Below, in pieces: positions 1-33,517 of a DNA stretch of 64,000 nt. The notes under the pieces are model-generated. The model was not told the origin of the DNA. It did not search any database and saw nothing but the letters and a program-made list of their open reading frames with translations. Both the position numbers and the translations under genes were made by a program. How positions within the stretch are numbered: the first letter of the stretch is position 1; each line of letters starts with the position of its first letter. Source of the stretch: the human T2T-CHM13v2.0 reference genome, Homo sapiens; assembly GCF_009914755.1 (NCBI RefSeq), contig NC_060925.1; one strand, 5' to 3'.

Positions 1-1454
1 TCAGAGCCTCTAGAAACCTCCAGCCTCCGCACTTGCTAATTCTGCTGTGAGACACTCAGGCAGCCCAGAGCTGGAGGAACAAACAGCCGTAGACAAGAAG
101 CAGCAGATGGGTTTCCACGGTGATCATTTCCTGGAGTCCAAGTATCTTCTTTCTTCCTGAATGGAGGTGGAGATGCAGCAAGAGAAACAGGGAGGGGGAA
201 GCCCAAGTCTTGGTCCCAATCCACCCAGATGGATACCTTGGCGCTCCTTGGGCAAGTCACCTCAACTCCCTGGGTCTGAGGAGGGACAGAAGGATGCCAT
301 TTGCTAGGCGCCTGCTCCACACCAGGCGTGGTATGCTGAATGCTGCACACTCACTACCTCATTTCTTTAATCTCCTTCCCAGTAAGCCTTTAGGGAAGGA
401 GCTATTATTAGCATCCCCATTTTACTGATAGGAAACAGAAGCACAGAGAGGTGAAGTAACTTCACAGGAACACACGGCTTGTTAAGAGCACTTGAGCTGT
501 GCTCTTAACCACAGCATTCTATAGTGCTGGGTCCCTTCCTCTGAGGGCCAGGGCCATTCCTTCTGCAGATTTCAGGCCCAGCCTGAAGCGGGAGGGAGGG
601 AAGGAAGGCCAAGCAGGGTGCAGAGAGGAAACACTTCAGGTGAAACACGGTATTGTTAGCCCCCATTTTCTGCCTGGGCATCCTAGCCAATATGACACCT
701 GGTGCTTCAGGCAGGAAGCACCCCCATGCCCAGGCAGCCCCCAGGCAGCTGTGACACCACCGCAGCTATGACACACGCTGCAGTGCTCAGAGCTCTGCGA
801 TGCCTCCAGAGGCATCTGTGTCCTCAAATTCACACAAAGGCCTGCTTCAATCCTGTCCTGTAAGAAACAAGTCCTCTGCCTCCTCCAGGAAGCCTCCTTC
901 ATTGCACCTGAGGCCAGGGCCTCTCCTCCCACTCAGTGCTGTCCTCTCCTTCCTGCTCTGGCTCATTCCCGTCGCCCAAAGTGATCATTTCTGTCCCACT
1001 GATCAGAGCCCAGGTATAGGATGGAGGCTCCTGGTGGCTTTGTTGAGCACTGAAAAGCCCGACGGAGGCCCCTGGCAGATCCCTGACCTCAGTCCTGCCT
1101 GCCAGGATGCCCTGGCCTTCTCTTCCTCCATCCAAGCCCCAGGGCAACCACGTGAATCGCAGGCTAGACAAGCCCAGATTCCAGCTGGCCTGAGAGCCTC
1201 CTCCACAGGGATGAAGGTAGGAGAAGGCTTATGTGTGTGCACAAATATGGGCATGGGCAGGAGCCAGCCAGCATCCCCAGGGCTGGGGTGGGAGACACAT
1301 AGAGCTATTAATAGAACGGGATTAGGTATTCCTCCAAACCCCAAACCAGCTGGGCTTGGCTTCCTAGCTATCTCAACTTTGTCCATCCCTCCATTCCTTC
1401 ACTCATTCAACAAGTATTTGTTGGATACATATATCTTTAAAAAAATAAATAAAT

Positions 1455-1893
1455 AAAGACAGACTTGCTATGTTGCCTAGGCTGATCTCAAACTCCTGGG
1501 CTCAAGAGATCCTCCCGCTGACCTTCCAACCTTAGCTACCTGAGTAGCTGGGACTACAGGTGCATGCCATCATGCCTGGCTTATTTATTTATTTATATTT
1601 GTTTTATATTTTTAAAGATGGGGTCTTCCTCTTGTGCCCAGGCTAGAATGCAGTGGCACCCATAGCTCATTACAGCCTAAAATTCCTGGGATCAAGCAAT
1701 CCTCCTACCTCATCCTCCCGAGCAGCTGGGATTACAGGCATGAGCCACCAGCTCCAGTTAAAAAAAATTTTTTTTTTGTAGAGACAAAGACTCGCTATGT
1801 TGCCCAGGCTGGTCTCAAACTCTTGGGCTCAAGGGATCCTCCTGCCTAAGCCTCCCAAAATGCTAGGATCACAGGTGTGAACCACTGTGCCCA
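1455..1893 (-). mobile_element. FLAM-like monomer followed by an AluJ-type element
   Basis: Alu consensus matches with a T-rich tail on the plus strand. Confidence 0.85.
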
Positions 1894-2400
1894 ACCTGGA
1901 CATTTATTTTATTATTGCTGGGGATAAGAAGGATATATGAGAACCAGACTTCTGATCTTCTTCCCTAAAACTGTTCCCCTCAGTTTTCCCCATCTCAGTT
2001 AATGACAACTCCACCCTGTCTGTGGTGCAGGCCGGACCTCACATCTAATCTATCAGCAAATCTGTCAATTTGCCCTGGCTTAAAATATACCCAGAATCCA
2101 ACTACTTCTATTCATCCCACCCCTGCCATCCTGGTCCCAGCCACCGCAGTGGCTCACTTGCACTACAGCCTGGCCCAGCAGGGCTCCCTGCTGCTGTCCC
2201 TGACCCTACAGCCGGCCTCTTCCCTGCAGCCTGAGTCGTGCTGTGAAAACAAGGTCAGAGCGTACCAATCACGTGGCAGGCACACTCCTGCCTCAGAACC
2301 TGTGGCCCGGCTGTTCCTCTTGCCTGGAGCGATTTTCCCCTAGAAATATACTTCTTCACTCACTCCCTCACTTTCTCAGAAATTTACACAAATGCCAGAG

Positions 2401-2980
<580 letters not shown>

Positions 2981-5900
2981 TGCCAGCTTTTTTATGAGGC
3001 CTCCCGTATTTCTGTCTAACATTGCAACCCATCCCATCTCCCCAGCAGTTATTGTCAAATAGTATGAGATATTTATTCATTTTGTTTCTTGCCTATTTCC
3101 CCTCCCTGGAGGGTAAGTTCCAGGAGGGCAAGATTTTTTCTGCTTTGCTCACTGCCCTTAAGACCTGCCTGGCCCCACAATAGGGGTTCAGCAAATAGCT
3201 GTTGAATGAATGAGAGACTTGTGGGGTGACAGACCAGTCAAAAAGCTGTCCCTGCCTCCAGTCCTGCCATTTCCTGTCTGATCCCACACAGACAGCCACA
3301 GCGATTTTTCTAAAAACCACATTGCTGTCTTTCAGGTCTTAGGGTAGGTATCACTTCCTCGGAAGCCTTCTCTGGCCCCCTGGGCTAGGCAGCCCCTCTG
3401 TGTACTCTCAGGGTCCCCTCCCCTCATTCTGTAATTGCCTGCAATTGCCTAGTTCTATAATTGTCTTCTCCAGGACAGCGAGCTCTGGAGGGTGGGGACG
3501 CGTCTGTCTCCCTCCCTGTTGGGAGCTGGAATGGTGCAGCGGATATAGGAGCACACTACCTGGGTCCAAGTCCTGGCTAAGCCGTGAGAATTCAGGCAAA
3601 TTACTTAAGCTCCCTCGGCCTCAGTTTTCCCAACTGTAAAATGTGGATCATCACAGTTTCTCCCTCCTAGGGTTGGGGAAAGGATGAAACAAGCTGATAC
3701 AAAAGAGGGATGCTTGGCACGCTGTAAGTGCAATACGAGTGTCAGCTATGATTACTCTTACTCAGGGTTGTGTTCCTGGCCTAGCTCAGAACCTGGCCCA
3801 TATTCAACACTCATAAGTGTTTGTTAGATGAATGGATGACTGTGTATGGGGATAGAGGGATGAAGGAATGACATGAGGACCTAGACGGGGGCTCTAACCC
3901 AGCCTGCGGAGCATTGGAGAAGCTTCTTGTGGGGAGGGAGCTTTCAGCTGACTCCTGCAGGATGAGGAGTTGGCTGGGCACAGTGAAAGGGGGGGCGTGC
4001 GAAGCAGCCAGTGGCCTTTGTGGATGCCTCTCAGTGTGGGAGGACTGAGTTATGCAGGAACTGCAGTTCATCACCGAGTGGCTGAGCCATTAGTGCCAAG
4101 AGGCAAGTGTCCCCTTTGTGGGCCATTTTTAGGACTCTCACACTGGCTGCTCACTGAGGGCAAAACATCCCACGGTGGCTCCCTGGTCTGATCAGCAGCC
4201 CTCCAAGATCAAGGGGAGGCACGCAGGGGAAAGGAGGCCACCACTTGTTGAGGGACCTCAGGGGACAGGCCTGCGTCAACCTGGCAACCCATTCCTGGCT
4301 GACATTATGCCCATCCCAGAGATAAGGGGACAGAGGCCCAACACCCCCGAGGCAGTCAGGGGAAGAGGCAGAACCCACTCAAGTCTGTCCACTCCCTGTG
4401 CCTTCCCTCATCAGCCCAGAACTCCTCATGGCCAGAGTGTGTCTCCCCCGTCACCCCAGAGATTCCTCAGTGGCTGACATCACCCACTCCTGACTCCCCT
4501 CACAGGGCACTGACCGGGGAAATCCCTCCATGGGGCCTGGACTATGGAAGAGTCAAGTGCAGGAAGAACTTTCCATAAGGACTGGAGCAAAAGGCTGGGA
4601 ATTGGAGGAGATTGGGGGTGGGGCTGCTGAAGGAGGAGAGACCAATCCTGGGGACAGTTGGGGGCACCTTACCCAATTCCTCCACCCCCGCCCCTTAACT
4701 CCTCACTTGTCTCACCTGTTGACCTTCTCATGTGCCGATTCAGAGATTCCTCACACTCAGGCTCTGACCTCCACTGACTCTGATGGCCCACAGCAGGTGC
4801 AGGGTCTAGTTTTTCTCCAGCCACAGGGCCCACAGCTGGGGTGACCAACGACCAGGAGCTCAGGATTGAAATCCCCACCCTGCCACTTCTTAGCTGGGTC
4901 ACCTTAGGAAGAGTTCATCCCCTCTCTGAGCTTTCCTCATCTGTAAGAAATGACAGGTAAATCTCTGCCTTGGAGGGTGGCTGGAGGACTGAGAGACAGA
5001 GGCTGTGATAACTCATGGCCAGCTGTGAGTTGCAGTACTTGCTGGTTGGATTAGCAATTGAGGAAACTGGTTTGGAAGGGGTTAAATGGAGACCCTGCCT
5101 CCCAGCCAGGAGCGAATCAGGGCTGGGAGGGGAGGAGCCAGGCTGCTGCTAAGGAAAGAGATCAGGATGGGCCAGTTGCCGACTGGAGAGGGATGGGAGG
5201 AGATACCATAGGGTTTGGGGGGCTTGGCACAGCGGCCCTGGCCTCTGCACTGTGATAGCTCCAAGCCAGATGGTGCAAGGCAGCTGCTGGGCTGCGGGGA
5301 AGAGGGGCTGCACTTCCTGAGCTGGTGCAGCGGCAGAGTGGATAAGGATCAGGACCCCGAGCCCTCCTGGCCCTCCAAGGCGGGGGGACACCGGCTGCAC
5401 CCAGGCTGTGACCTCAGCTGACGCCGATGATCCACATGGGATGCAGGGTCTAATTTTAGCTCCAGCCACAGGGGCCACAGCCCAGAAGCGTCTGCCAGCG
5501 GGCACAGGGGCAGCCAGGGCTGCTCAGGCAAGGGGAGGAGTGGGAAGACCAGCCCAGCTCCCTCCAGCCTGTCCCTGGCCAAGCCGCCTCCTGTGGGAGC
5601 TCTGACTGGTCCCCATGGCCTGGCAGACAGCCCTCCTCTCAGTTGAGGGCAAGGTCAAGGGGTGCAGCCAGGAGGGCAGGGGGACACGGCCCTGCATTCT
5701 GGACAGGGGTTGCGTCAGCCAGAGCAGTGCCCAGGGGCAGGGGTCCCTGCTGGGAGGGAAAAGGCTGGCTTGGTTGTCCAAAGGCCGAGAAGGCAGAGTC
5801 CTGAGAGCAGGGGGGCCAGGCCAGCAAGCTGGGTCCCACCTGGCCTCCTCCTGCCTGGCTGGTGACTCACTATCTGACCTTAGACAGGCGGCCTGGTCTC

Positions 5901-6045
5901 GATGGGCCTCAGTCTTCCCATCTGTACAATGACAGCACAGGACTAGCAGGTCGGTCCCAGCTCTGGTCTCCCGCCCCAGGCCCTGCTCTTCCTGCTTGCT
6001 GGCAGAGGCCTCCCAGCTTCCCTAGCCCTGACTGTGGGTGGCCAC

Positions 6046-18749
<12,704 letters not shown>

Positions 18750-19823
18750 GGGGGCGACCCGCGGAGACCCCAGCAGAGGTCGCAGCCCAGCTCCCAGGGG
18801 GCCCGGCGCCTGCCGGCGGGCTCCGCTCTTGGGACACCGGAGAACCTATCATGTCAGCCAGCGGGCCCACACGTCGGACCCCGGTTGGCCAATCACAACA
18901 GGGGGGCGTGGCCTTACCTTCTCCTGCTCGCCCTCAGCCGCGGAGCCTCTGCGGAGGCTGAGCCCCGCGACCGGAGCGCCGCTCTCCGCTTCTCCACCCA
19001 GCTAACTTCTGCTCGTCTTTCAGAGCATTGTCTCCTCCAGGGACTTGCCTGGCCCTCCTCCCCCTCCGCCCCCAATGGGTTCGGTCTCCTTTGCGCTTTC
19101 GCAGCCCAGTGTTTGCCGCGGTTCCCGCACGGTCAGGCCCCAGGACTGGCTTGCGAGCCCCGGGGGGCGGGTCGTGTCGTGTCCTTTTCTCTCTGGCTAG
19201 GCAGGTGTGCCGCAAATATTTGACGAATAGATGGATGGCAGACATTAACTGCGTGCCTGGCCCTATGAGGGCGGCGGCGGGACAGGGTGAGCGGAGAGAC
19301 AGAACTGTCCCCGCCCCACCCCGCCACCCATTCCTAGGGTTCCTAGTCCCGGGAAGGCAACTACCCAAAGACGCCTGGGTTGTCAGGCTCAATCCTTGAG
19401 CCTCAACCAAGGAGCAGAGGGGTGCGGGTAAACGAGGAGTGGGGCGAGGAAAGCGGGATGGGAACAAGTGGCCTGTCCCCGCACGGCCCGCGGCTCAGCC
19501 TCGGCCGTCTGCCCTGCACTACCAAGGCCGACCACTAGAGGTCAGCGTCGCGCCGCACTCTTCACCCGCATGTCCAGAGGGCGGCCGGGATGTGGAGGGT
19601 GAGCGCTGTGGGCAGCTCGGGGGCTGAAAGCTGGGAAGAGAAATCTGAAGAACAGCCCCATCTCTTTCGCCTGCACACTTGGAACTCAGCAAGAAGGGAC
19701 TGTTTCTAGGTGGGCTGGGCGCGAGCAGGGACTGTCCCGAGCGGTATAGGTGAGAATGGAGTTGGGGGGGGACACTAGGTCCTCCGGGGTTCACCCACCT
19801 GGAGCTGGAATTATCACTTCCGA

Positions 19824-19829
19824 AATAAA
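19824..19829 (+). terminator. EXTL1: EXTL1 polyadenylation signal AATAAA
   Basis: First AATAAA after the stop codon (about 1.07 kb 3'UTR); a variant ATTAAA also lies at 20218-20223. Confidence 0.8.
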
Positions 19830-20555
19830 GCGCGTGTCCTTGCCCCCTCACGCTCCAGGCTATAAATACCCTTACAGCAGCTGCTCGAGGGAGGGGCTCA
19901 GGGCTCAGGGCTCGCCTGGGAGCGCGTGCGACTCCAGAGGGTGAGGGTGGTGGGTCCAGCCCAGGTCCAGGGTGTCAGGTGTTTTCCTGCTTTGATGGCC
20001 TGGCAGCTCTGGAAACTCCCGTGACTGTCTCACTGGCAGGAACATACTGTCCCCTTAGGCCTCTCCAAGGCCTTCCACCCCCACCCCCCAGCTTGACCTC
20101 GGCGGGCCCCTGGATGACTCAGGTCCTCCCTAGAGCCAGTCACAGCTGAGTGGCAGAGTGGGTTACCCTTGGGAGGCGTGGTGCTGTGAGATGCTTGAGG
20201 TACAGGGCGGACTGGAAATTAAAGAGGTGGGGGAGAGGCAGTCCGGCCCGGAGTCAAGAACTGAGGGTGGGTGGGAAAGCATACAGCTGGGGCCCAGGCA
20301 GCCTTCCCAGGGTGGGGAGGGCGCTGGATGCCAGGCCCAGCCAGGTGAAAGAGGCACCTTTCCAATCACAGCTGTGACACCCAGGACACTGAACTGCCTT
20401 GGCATGTCCTCACCCATGGGCCGGGCACTGCTGGTCCCAGGGGTTTGTATTGTACCAACAGGCAGCGCAGACCGACAGGCCCCCAGACCCTGCTGTAGAG
20501 GAAGGTCTACCGAAATGAGGCAGAAATCCCAGACCTGCCTGCACTGGCTGTCTGA

Positions 20556-20959
<404 letters not shown>

Positions 20960-22561
20960 TAAGGACTTGGCATACGGCAAAGCCCAGGATCAAGTTCCTG
21001 GGGCCTGCCATGGCTTGGGTGGGGGTGGGGAGTTGGGTAGGGGAGGTTGAGTCCCCTGAGATTGTGGTGGAATGGAGCACCCACCAGCAACCCCCCACCC
21101 CTCTCCAGGCCAGTGCTTTCCACAGACTTTTCACAGACCTGGAGGGGCTGAAGGACCCATCTACCTAGAACACAGGCGATCAGGATGACAGTGCTGGGAA
21201 GGCACAAAGAGGTCATTTCACAGATGGAAAGACAGAGATTTAAAGTGGGAGGCAAGTGACCAAACCCACCTCCTCCCACCTCGGGCCAGAACAGTCAAGA
21301 CAAACTCAGCACTGCCCCTGGGGAGGCTGGGAAGCCCACCTGACTCCTCAGTGAGGCAGCCTCGGGCCACAGAGTTCCCTGTCCCCAGGATGGTAAAAGT
21401 AACCAATCTTCAACAACCACAGGTACTTGGCCAACTGGCTCTTGTTCTCAACCCTGTGAGGGAGGCATCAACCCTGTCGGTGTACAGATGAGACTGTGGG
21501 GCAGAGGCCAGCTCGCCCAAGGCACTTGCTTACAATGGCAGAGACAGACCTTGTGACACAGGACTCCCTGATAACTGGGCATGTTGTCTCGATGAGTCGG
21601 AGACAGGTTTCCCCTCTTGCATCTTGTAAACAAAAGCCACCCCTAAGTCAGGAATCTTCACACACAAGCCCCAGGAAGCTGCGGTTTCCCTCCTAGCTGG
21701 CCTCTGGACCGAGTGCAGCCCCACTTGTCTCCCTTTCCCTCCACCATGTCAGGCTCCGACTGGGTCAGGCCAGGTAGGCAACAGAGTTGGCCCAGCCATA
21801 TCTTTCTGGAGACTCTGAATCCCCTGGGACACTCTCAGGGCAACAGAAGTGCCAGGGGGCTTGGAGGCTGTTAGTGCAGAACCCAAGCTGAAATCTCTCT
21901 ACCCCCTGCCCACCACCTGTGCCAAAGTTGTTTTTTGTGTTGGCACAGCTGAGGAAATAAGGAAAGAGGAAACCTGTCTCTTACCTAGTAAGAAGCCTCT
22001 CCCCTCCAGGAAAGGGAACATTTGGCTCATAGCTGAAGTGACTAAGGCACAGATAGGCCTCAGGTGCCTCCTGGCTCCCTGCCTCAGGGAGGCTCAAATG
22101 AGAGTGTGAGGGTCCTCACCCCCGTGCCTATTGCTATAGGCAGATGGAGGGGCTCAGATTCATAAAGGCAAAGGCCAGCCAGGCTGAGAATGGGGCATGA
22201 GGCAGGCAGTATGGGCGCGCTGGGGCCAGCCTCCCCTTGGACGTCCCGTGGCTCACCACCTTTGCCCCTGCGAGTGGTAGAACAGTTGCTGAGGATTAGG
22301 CCCAAATACAGCCCTTCCAGAGCTGGCCCAGGAGCTGGAAGAGCAGGGTCACACTAGCTTTATACCCGCTGAGTCCCCACCCTGGCTGTAGTCAGATGGG
22401 AGGCTGGGAAGAGCTCCATTCCTGGAGTGGGGCAGAGGTCAGGAGGGGGACCTGGTTTATAACACAGCTGGGGTAGGCAAAGTCCTGGCTGGGCCTGGGG
22501 GACACTCAGTCCAGCCACCTGCAGGTCCTGTTCATGCCCCAGTTGGTGCCTGGCTGAGCAG

Positions 22562-29297
<6,736 letters not shown>

Positions 29298-30789
29298 GCA
29301 GTCCCGCGCCGAGTCCCGGCAGCCGCGCAGCCGCCCCGCCGAGTGCGCCCTGAAAGTTGCGCGCGGGACTCCGGGTGGCGCTCACCCACCTGCCCCGAGG
29401 GCCCCGCGAGGTGCGCTCACTCCGGCCCGGCTCCTGCGGCCCCTGAGCTCCCCCGGCTCCCGCTGCGGCTGCAGCTCCGGCTCTGGCTCCGCGTGCCAAG
29501 CGCTCCCGTGTCTCCGGTCAGCCGCTGCGCCCCGCGGCCGCCGGCTTTATCCGGCCCTCGCCAACCCGTGTGAAGCTGCCGTCGGCGCGTCGTGTGCAAA
29601 AGCCCGCGGGGAAGGGGGGGCGGTCGCCGGCTGCAAAAGGCCCGGCTGTGGCCCCGCACACCTGTGCCTGCGCCCATGGGGCCCGCGGAGCCCACCTGCC
29701 GGCCGCGAGAAGTCTGCCAGCCTTCGCCCGGCGCGGCGCCGGGTGTTGCTGAGTGAGGACGGGGTGACGCCTGCGCCCCCTCTCCCGCGCGGGGTGCGCC
29801 GCCTCGCCGCCGAAAAGTTCTCGACTTTAGTTTGTAGAAATCCGCTTTGGTGGTCCCGACGGCAGGAATGTGGCTCCTTGCCTCGGAAGAGGGTCTCCAG
29901 AGGCTACTGGGGCCGCGTCTGCCCCCTCCGACTGGCGGCTGCCCTGGGCTTGATCATGTTCCCCTCTCAGGCCGGAGACCCCCCGAGGTCGGCTTGCGTT
30001 CCTGTCCTCCTGCTAGGAGGGTCCTGGGGTGGGGTGGGCTGCGCCGCCCTCAGGCTGGGGCAGTGTCTCTCCCTAGGACCGGCTGGGACTGATCGACCCA
30101 TCCTCGCCACTGAAGCAGCGCCAGCTCCTCCTCTCCTGCGCGCAGGAGAATCTGGAGTGGCCGGCTTTGTCTCCACCCGCACAGAGAACAGTGTCATCGG
30201 CAGTCACCATCGGAGCAGAGACGACCACTGCCACTGCTGCCACCCCTTCTCCCCTCCCCCGCAGCGGCTCCTGGGAGCCCCAGGAAGCCTGACAAGCAAG
30301 CCTGGGAGATGCAGGCCGGAGGTGCCACCGTGTTGGTACCGCTGGGAGAAGCCCTGTCCTTCCTGGCCAGCTTGGTGCCCCACCCACTTGAAGCAGCCTC
30401 CTTCCCTGGCGGTTCTTGGGGATTGGGGAGCCTGTGGCCCCCACGCTGGCCTCTGACAGGTGCCCTCTGTGTAGAAAGAAGCTGCTGGAGACCTCCCTGT
30501 CTGGTCAATTCGTCTCCCCAGCACCCTTTGTCGCTAGGACCATAGGCTTGGTGGGTATGGCCTTTCACAGAGCCAAGAGTCAGAGGTGCAGGCCTCTTGC
30601 CCAGACCACTGGGGACAGGAAGGGGCTCTTTCAGTCTCTCATCTTGTAGGAGACGGGGTGCCAGGCGTGAGGATGTGAGGTGCACCCGCTCTGCTTGGGT
30701 CCTCACTGAGTGCCTCTCTGCTTCTCTGGACTCTGGTTTTCTTCTGGAAAACCTCAGACACCCTGGTTTTCTCCAGGTCTGTCTACTCT

Positions 30790-31727
30790 GAGCACCAGCA
30801 GGCTCAGCATTACCTGGAGAAGGTGTTACAACGCAGGTTACAGGTCCCTGCATCAGACCAACCGAACCAGAATCTCTGGGTGTGGAGCCTGAATATTTCC
30901 AGGATTCAGTAGGTCTGGGGCAGGGCCTGGGAATCTGTATTTATAAAATTCTCTGGTGCTATTGTGGCATCATTGTTCATTTTTATGTATAGTGGTTTTT
31001 TTGTTTGTTTGTTTTTGAGACAGAGTTTCATTTCTGTCTCTGTCGCCCAGGCTCGACTGCAATCTCAGCTCACTGCAATCTCTGCTTCCCGGATTCAAGT
31101 GATTCTCCTGCCTCAGCTTCCTGAGTAGCTGGGATTACAGGTGCCCACGACCATGCCAAGCTAATTTTTGTATTTTTAGTACAGACAGGGTTTCACCATG
31201 TTGGCCAGGCTGGTCCTGAGGTTATGATTTTTTTCAAAGAACACCTTTATCTAAAGTATTTAGGGATAAAATGTCATCTGGGTTTTGCCTTAAAATAATC
31301 CCAGTGGGGAGAGTACGGTACTGGTATAGAAGAAACAAATATGTCACCAGCTGTTGAAACTGAGTGATGGGTAAATGGGGTACACTATAACTATTCCCTC
31401 TACTTTTCAGTATTTAAAAAATGTTGGCTGGGTGCGGCGGCTCACGCCTATAATCCCAGCACTTTGGGAGGCTGAGGCAGGCGGATCACCTGAGGTCAAG
31501 AGTTCGAGACCAGCCTGGTCAACATGGCAAAACCTCGTCTCTACTAAAAATAAGAAAATTAGCCAGGCATGGTGGCAGGCGCCTGTAATCCCAGCTACTC
31601 AGAATTCTGAGGCAGGAGAATCACTTGAACCCGGGAGGTAGAGGTTGCAGTGAGCCGAGATCATGCCATTGCACTCCAGCGTGGGCAATCAAGAGTGAAA
31701 CTCTGTCTAAAAAAAAAAAAAAAAAAA
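30790..31727. mobile_element. MER5-like fragment (30790-30955), truncated Alu (-, 30996-31215), old L1M 3' end (31220-31420), AluS (+, 31426-31727)
   Basis: Recognised consensus fragments; family names approximate. Confidence 0.7.
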
Positions 31728-33517
31728 GTTTCAGAATTAAAGACTTGGGGAAAAATAAACCTTTCCTGGCAATTCTGATGTAGCAGCCCATGGAGCTGTA
31801 TTCAAGATTCATTGAAAGAACCCCCTTGAAGCCAGCTGTCCTCTCTTGCAGCATGATTTTAAAGGAAGCATGTTGATCAAGAACCCTTCATACCATCTTA
31901 AGGGTTCTAGTTTGCAAGTACGGGAAGAGCCCTTCCTATGGCAAAGGAAAGATCCCCTTAGTTGCAATTAACAGGTATCTTCCTGGAATTTAATCTTTAA
32001 CTGATTACCCAAAGTCTCAACTGCTCTCTCTTCTCTTCCATAAGTGACAAGATACGGGGCTGAAATGCTTGCTGCTTACATGATCAGTAGCCTGGAGAAG
32101 TAACAGAACATACACACGTTATAATACTGATTCTTGTGATTTCAAGGTGATGAAAACCTCTCTCTTTCTGGCCTCAAATTTCTCCTTCTGGACTCAAATC
32201 CCTTCAGTTTTCTATGGGAGGATACTTTAGGAGACCAAACCGTAAAGAAAAACAAGTATGTGATTGTCAAAAAAACAAAAAAATTGACCGCTCCTCTTTC
32301 CGCTGCCCCAATCAGAAAGAGGAGCTGTGATGTGGTAGAGGGGCACATGGAGGGCTTCTGAGGGCTGGCAATGTTCTTTTTTTTTTTTTCACCTGAGTGG
32401 TAGTAACATAAGGTTTCATTTTACAATAGGTTATTAAACTCTACGATGAGTTTTGTGCACTTTTAAGGGTGTGTGTGTGTGTATTACGCCGTGTTTTAAA
32501 AACTAAAACAAAATGCTTCAGAACTTGAGAAAGGACTGGAAATGAGAGCAAAATCTGATTCTTTGAAATTCAAAGTTAGGAACTGAGTTAGCCTTAGAAA
32601 ACCTACCAAACTCCCAGAAGTGAAAATGGGCAGAGGTTGTGAGGGTTTTTGAGCACTGTCCTAAAGCAAGTTCCACATAACTCTAGTTCCGGAGGATGTC
32701 ATATGAATAAGTTGGGAAATTCAGTCCACGCACACAAAATGAAAGACTTAGGGTCAGGCAGCATTCCAAGCACCATGAACTTGATGGTCCTCATCTAAAG
32801 TTAATTCGCTTTCTTTACGGTGGGACGACTCGGACCCCTTAATTTGCTACTGTGATCTGAATGTCTAAAAGGGGGAACAGGCTCTGCAATGCTCCTCAAA
32901 GTTGTAAGTCTCTGGTGTATCAGCCCCGGTGAATGGGCTGCCTCGGATTCGCTCAGCCTTGCCTCTCTCCAGGCCCTTGGCTTCTTGCTCATGGAGATCC
33001 TGGATGCTACTGGGCCACAGTCATGAATTCATCCCCTACTGCCGGTGGCTGACTTGGCCTTTCCTGGCGTGAGTCTGGGCACCAGCCTGGCCCCATTGTG
33101 TTCACTGAGGTGGAGACAGCAGCTGCCCCACCCTTGTCCAACCCAACTGGACCATGGAGGCCCTGGCACCTCCCACCATCTCCAGACTCAGCTGAAGTAC
33201 CACCCAATGGGGCAGGTGACCTTGCTGCCCCTGCACCTGCACCACCTGAAGTCAAGGTGGAATGAACAGTATGGGAGGCGGGAGACAGGAAGGAGCCAGC
33301 AGACACATTTCTTTTTTTTTTTTCTTCTCTAGATGAAGGACTTTGAATCATGTTCTGTTCTTTATGGCCTGCTGGAAACATCTCACATGACTAAGCAGCC
33401 AGCCCAGTCTTTGGTGAAGCTGTGGCCAGCTCAGCCACGTGACACCTTGTACTTGCTTCCCTCCTTGCCTGCCTCGCTTCCATTTTCCTTCCCTCTGTTG
33501 GCCTTGGGAGTGTGCCT

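Noticed and set aside
800-1456. 218-aa ATG ORF with a hydrophobic stretch
   Set aside because: No recognisable family and no supporting exon structure; it ends in repeat-derived AT-rich sequence. Not supportable without conservation data.
18934-19467. 177-aa minus-strand ORF in the 3' CpG island
   Set aside because: Typical Arg/Gly/Pro-rich CpG-island ORF with a non-ATG start.
21015-21050. G-run cluster (potential G-quadruplex)
   Set aside because: One of many in this GC-rich locus, and it lies on the strand opposite the SLC30A2 mRNA; nothing distinctive.
29800-31000. STAT5 GAS sites expected from prolactin control of ZnT2
   Set aside because: I found no exact TTCnnnGAA by eye (only near matches such as TTCTGGAA), so none is called.
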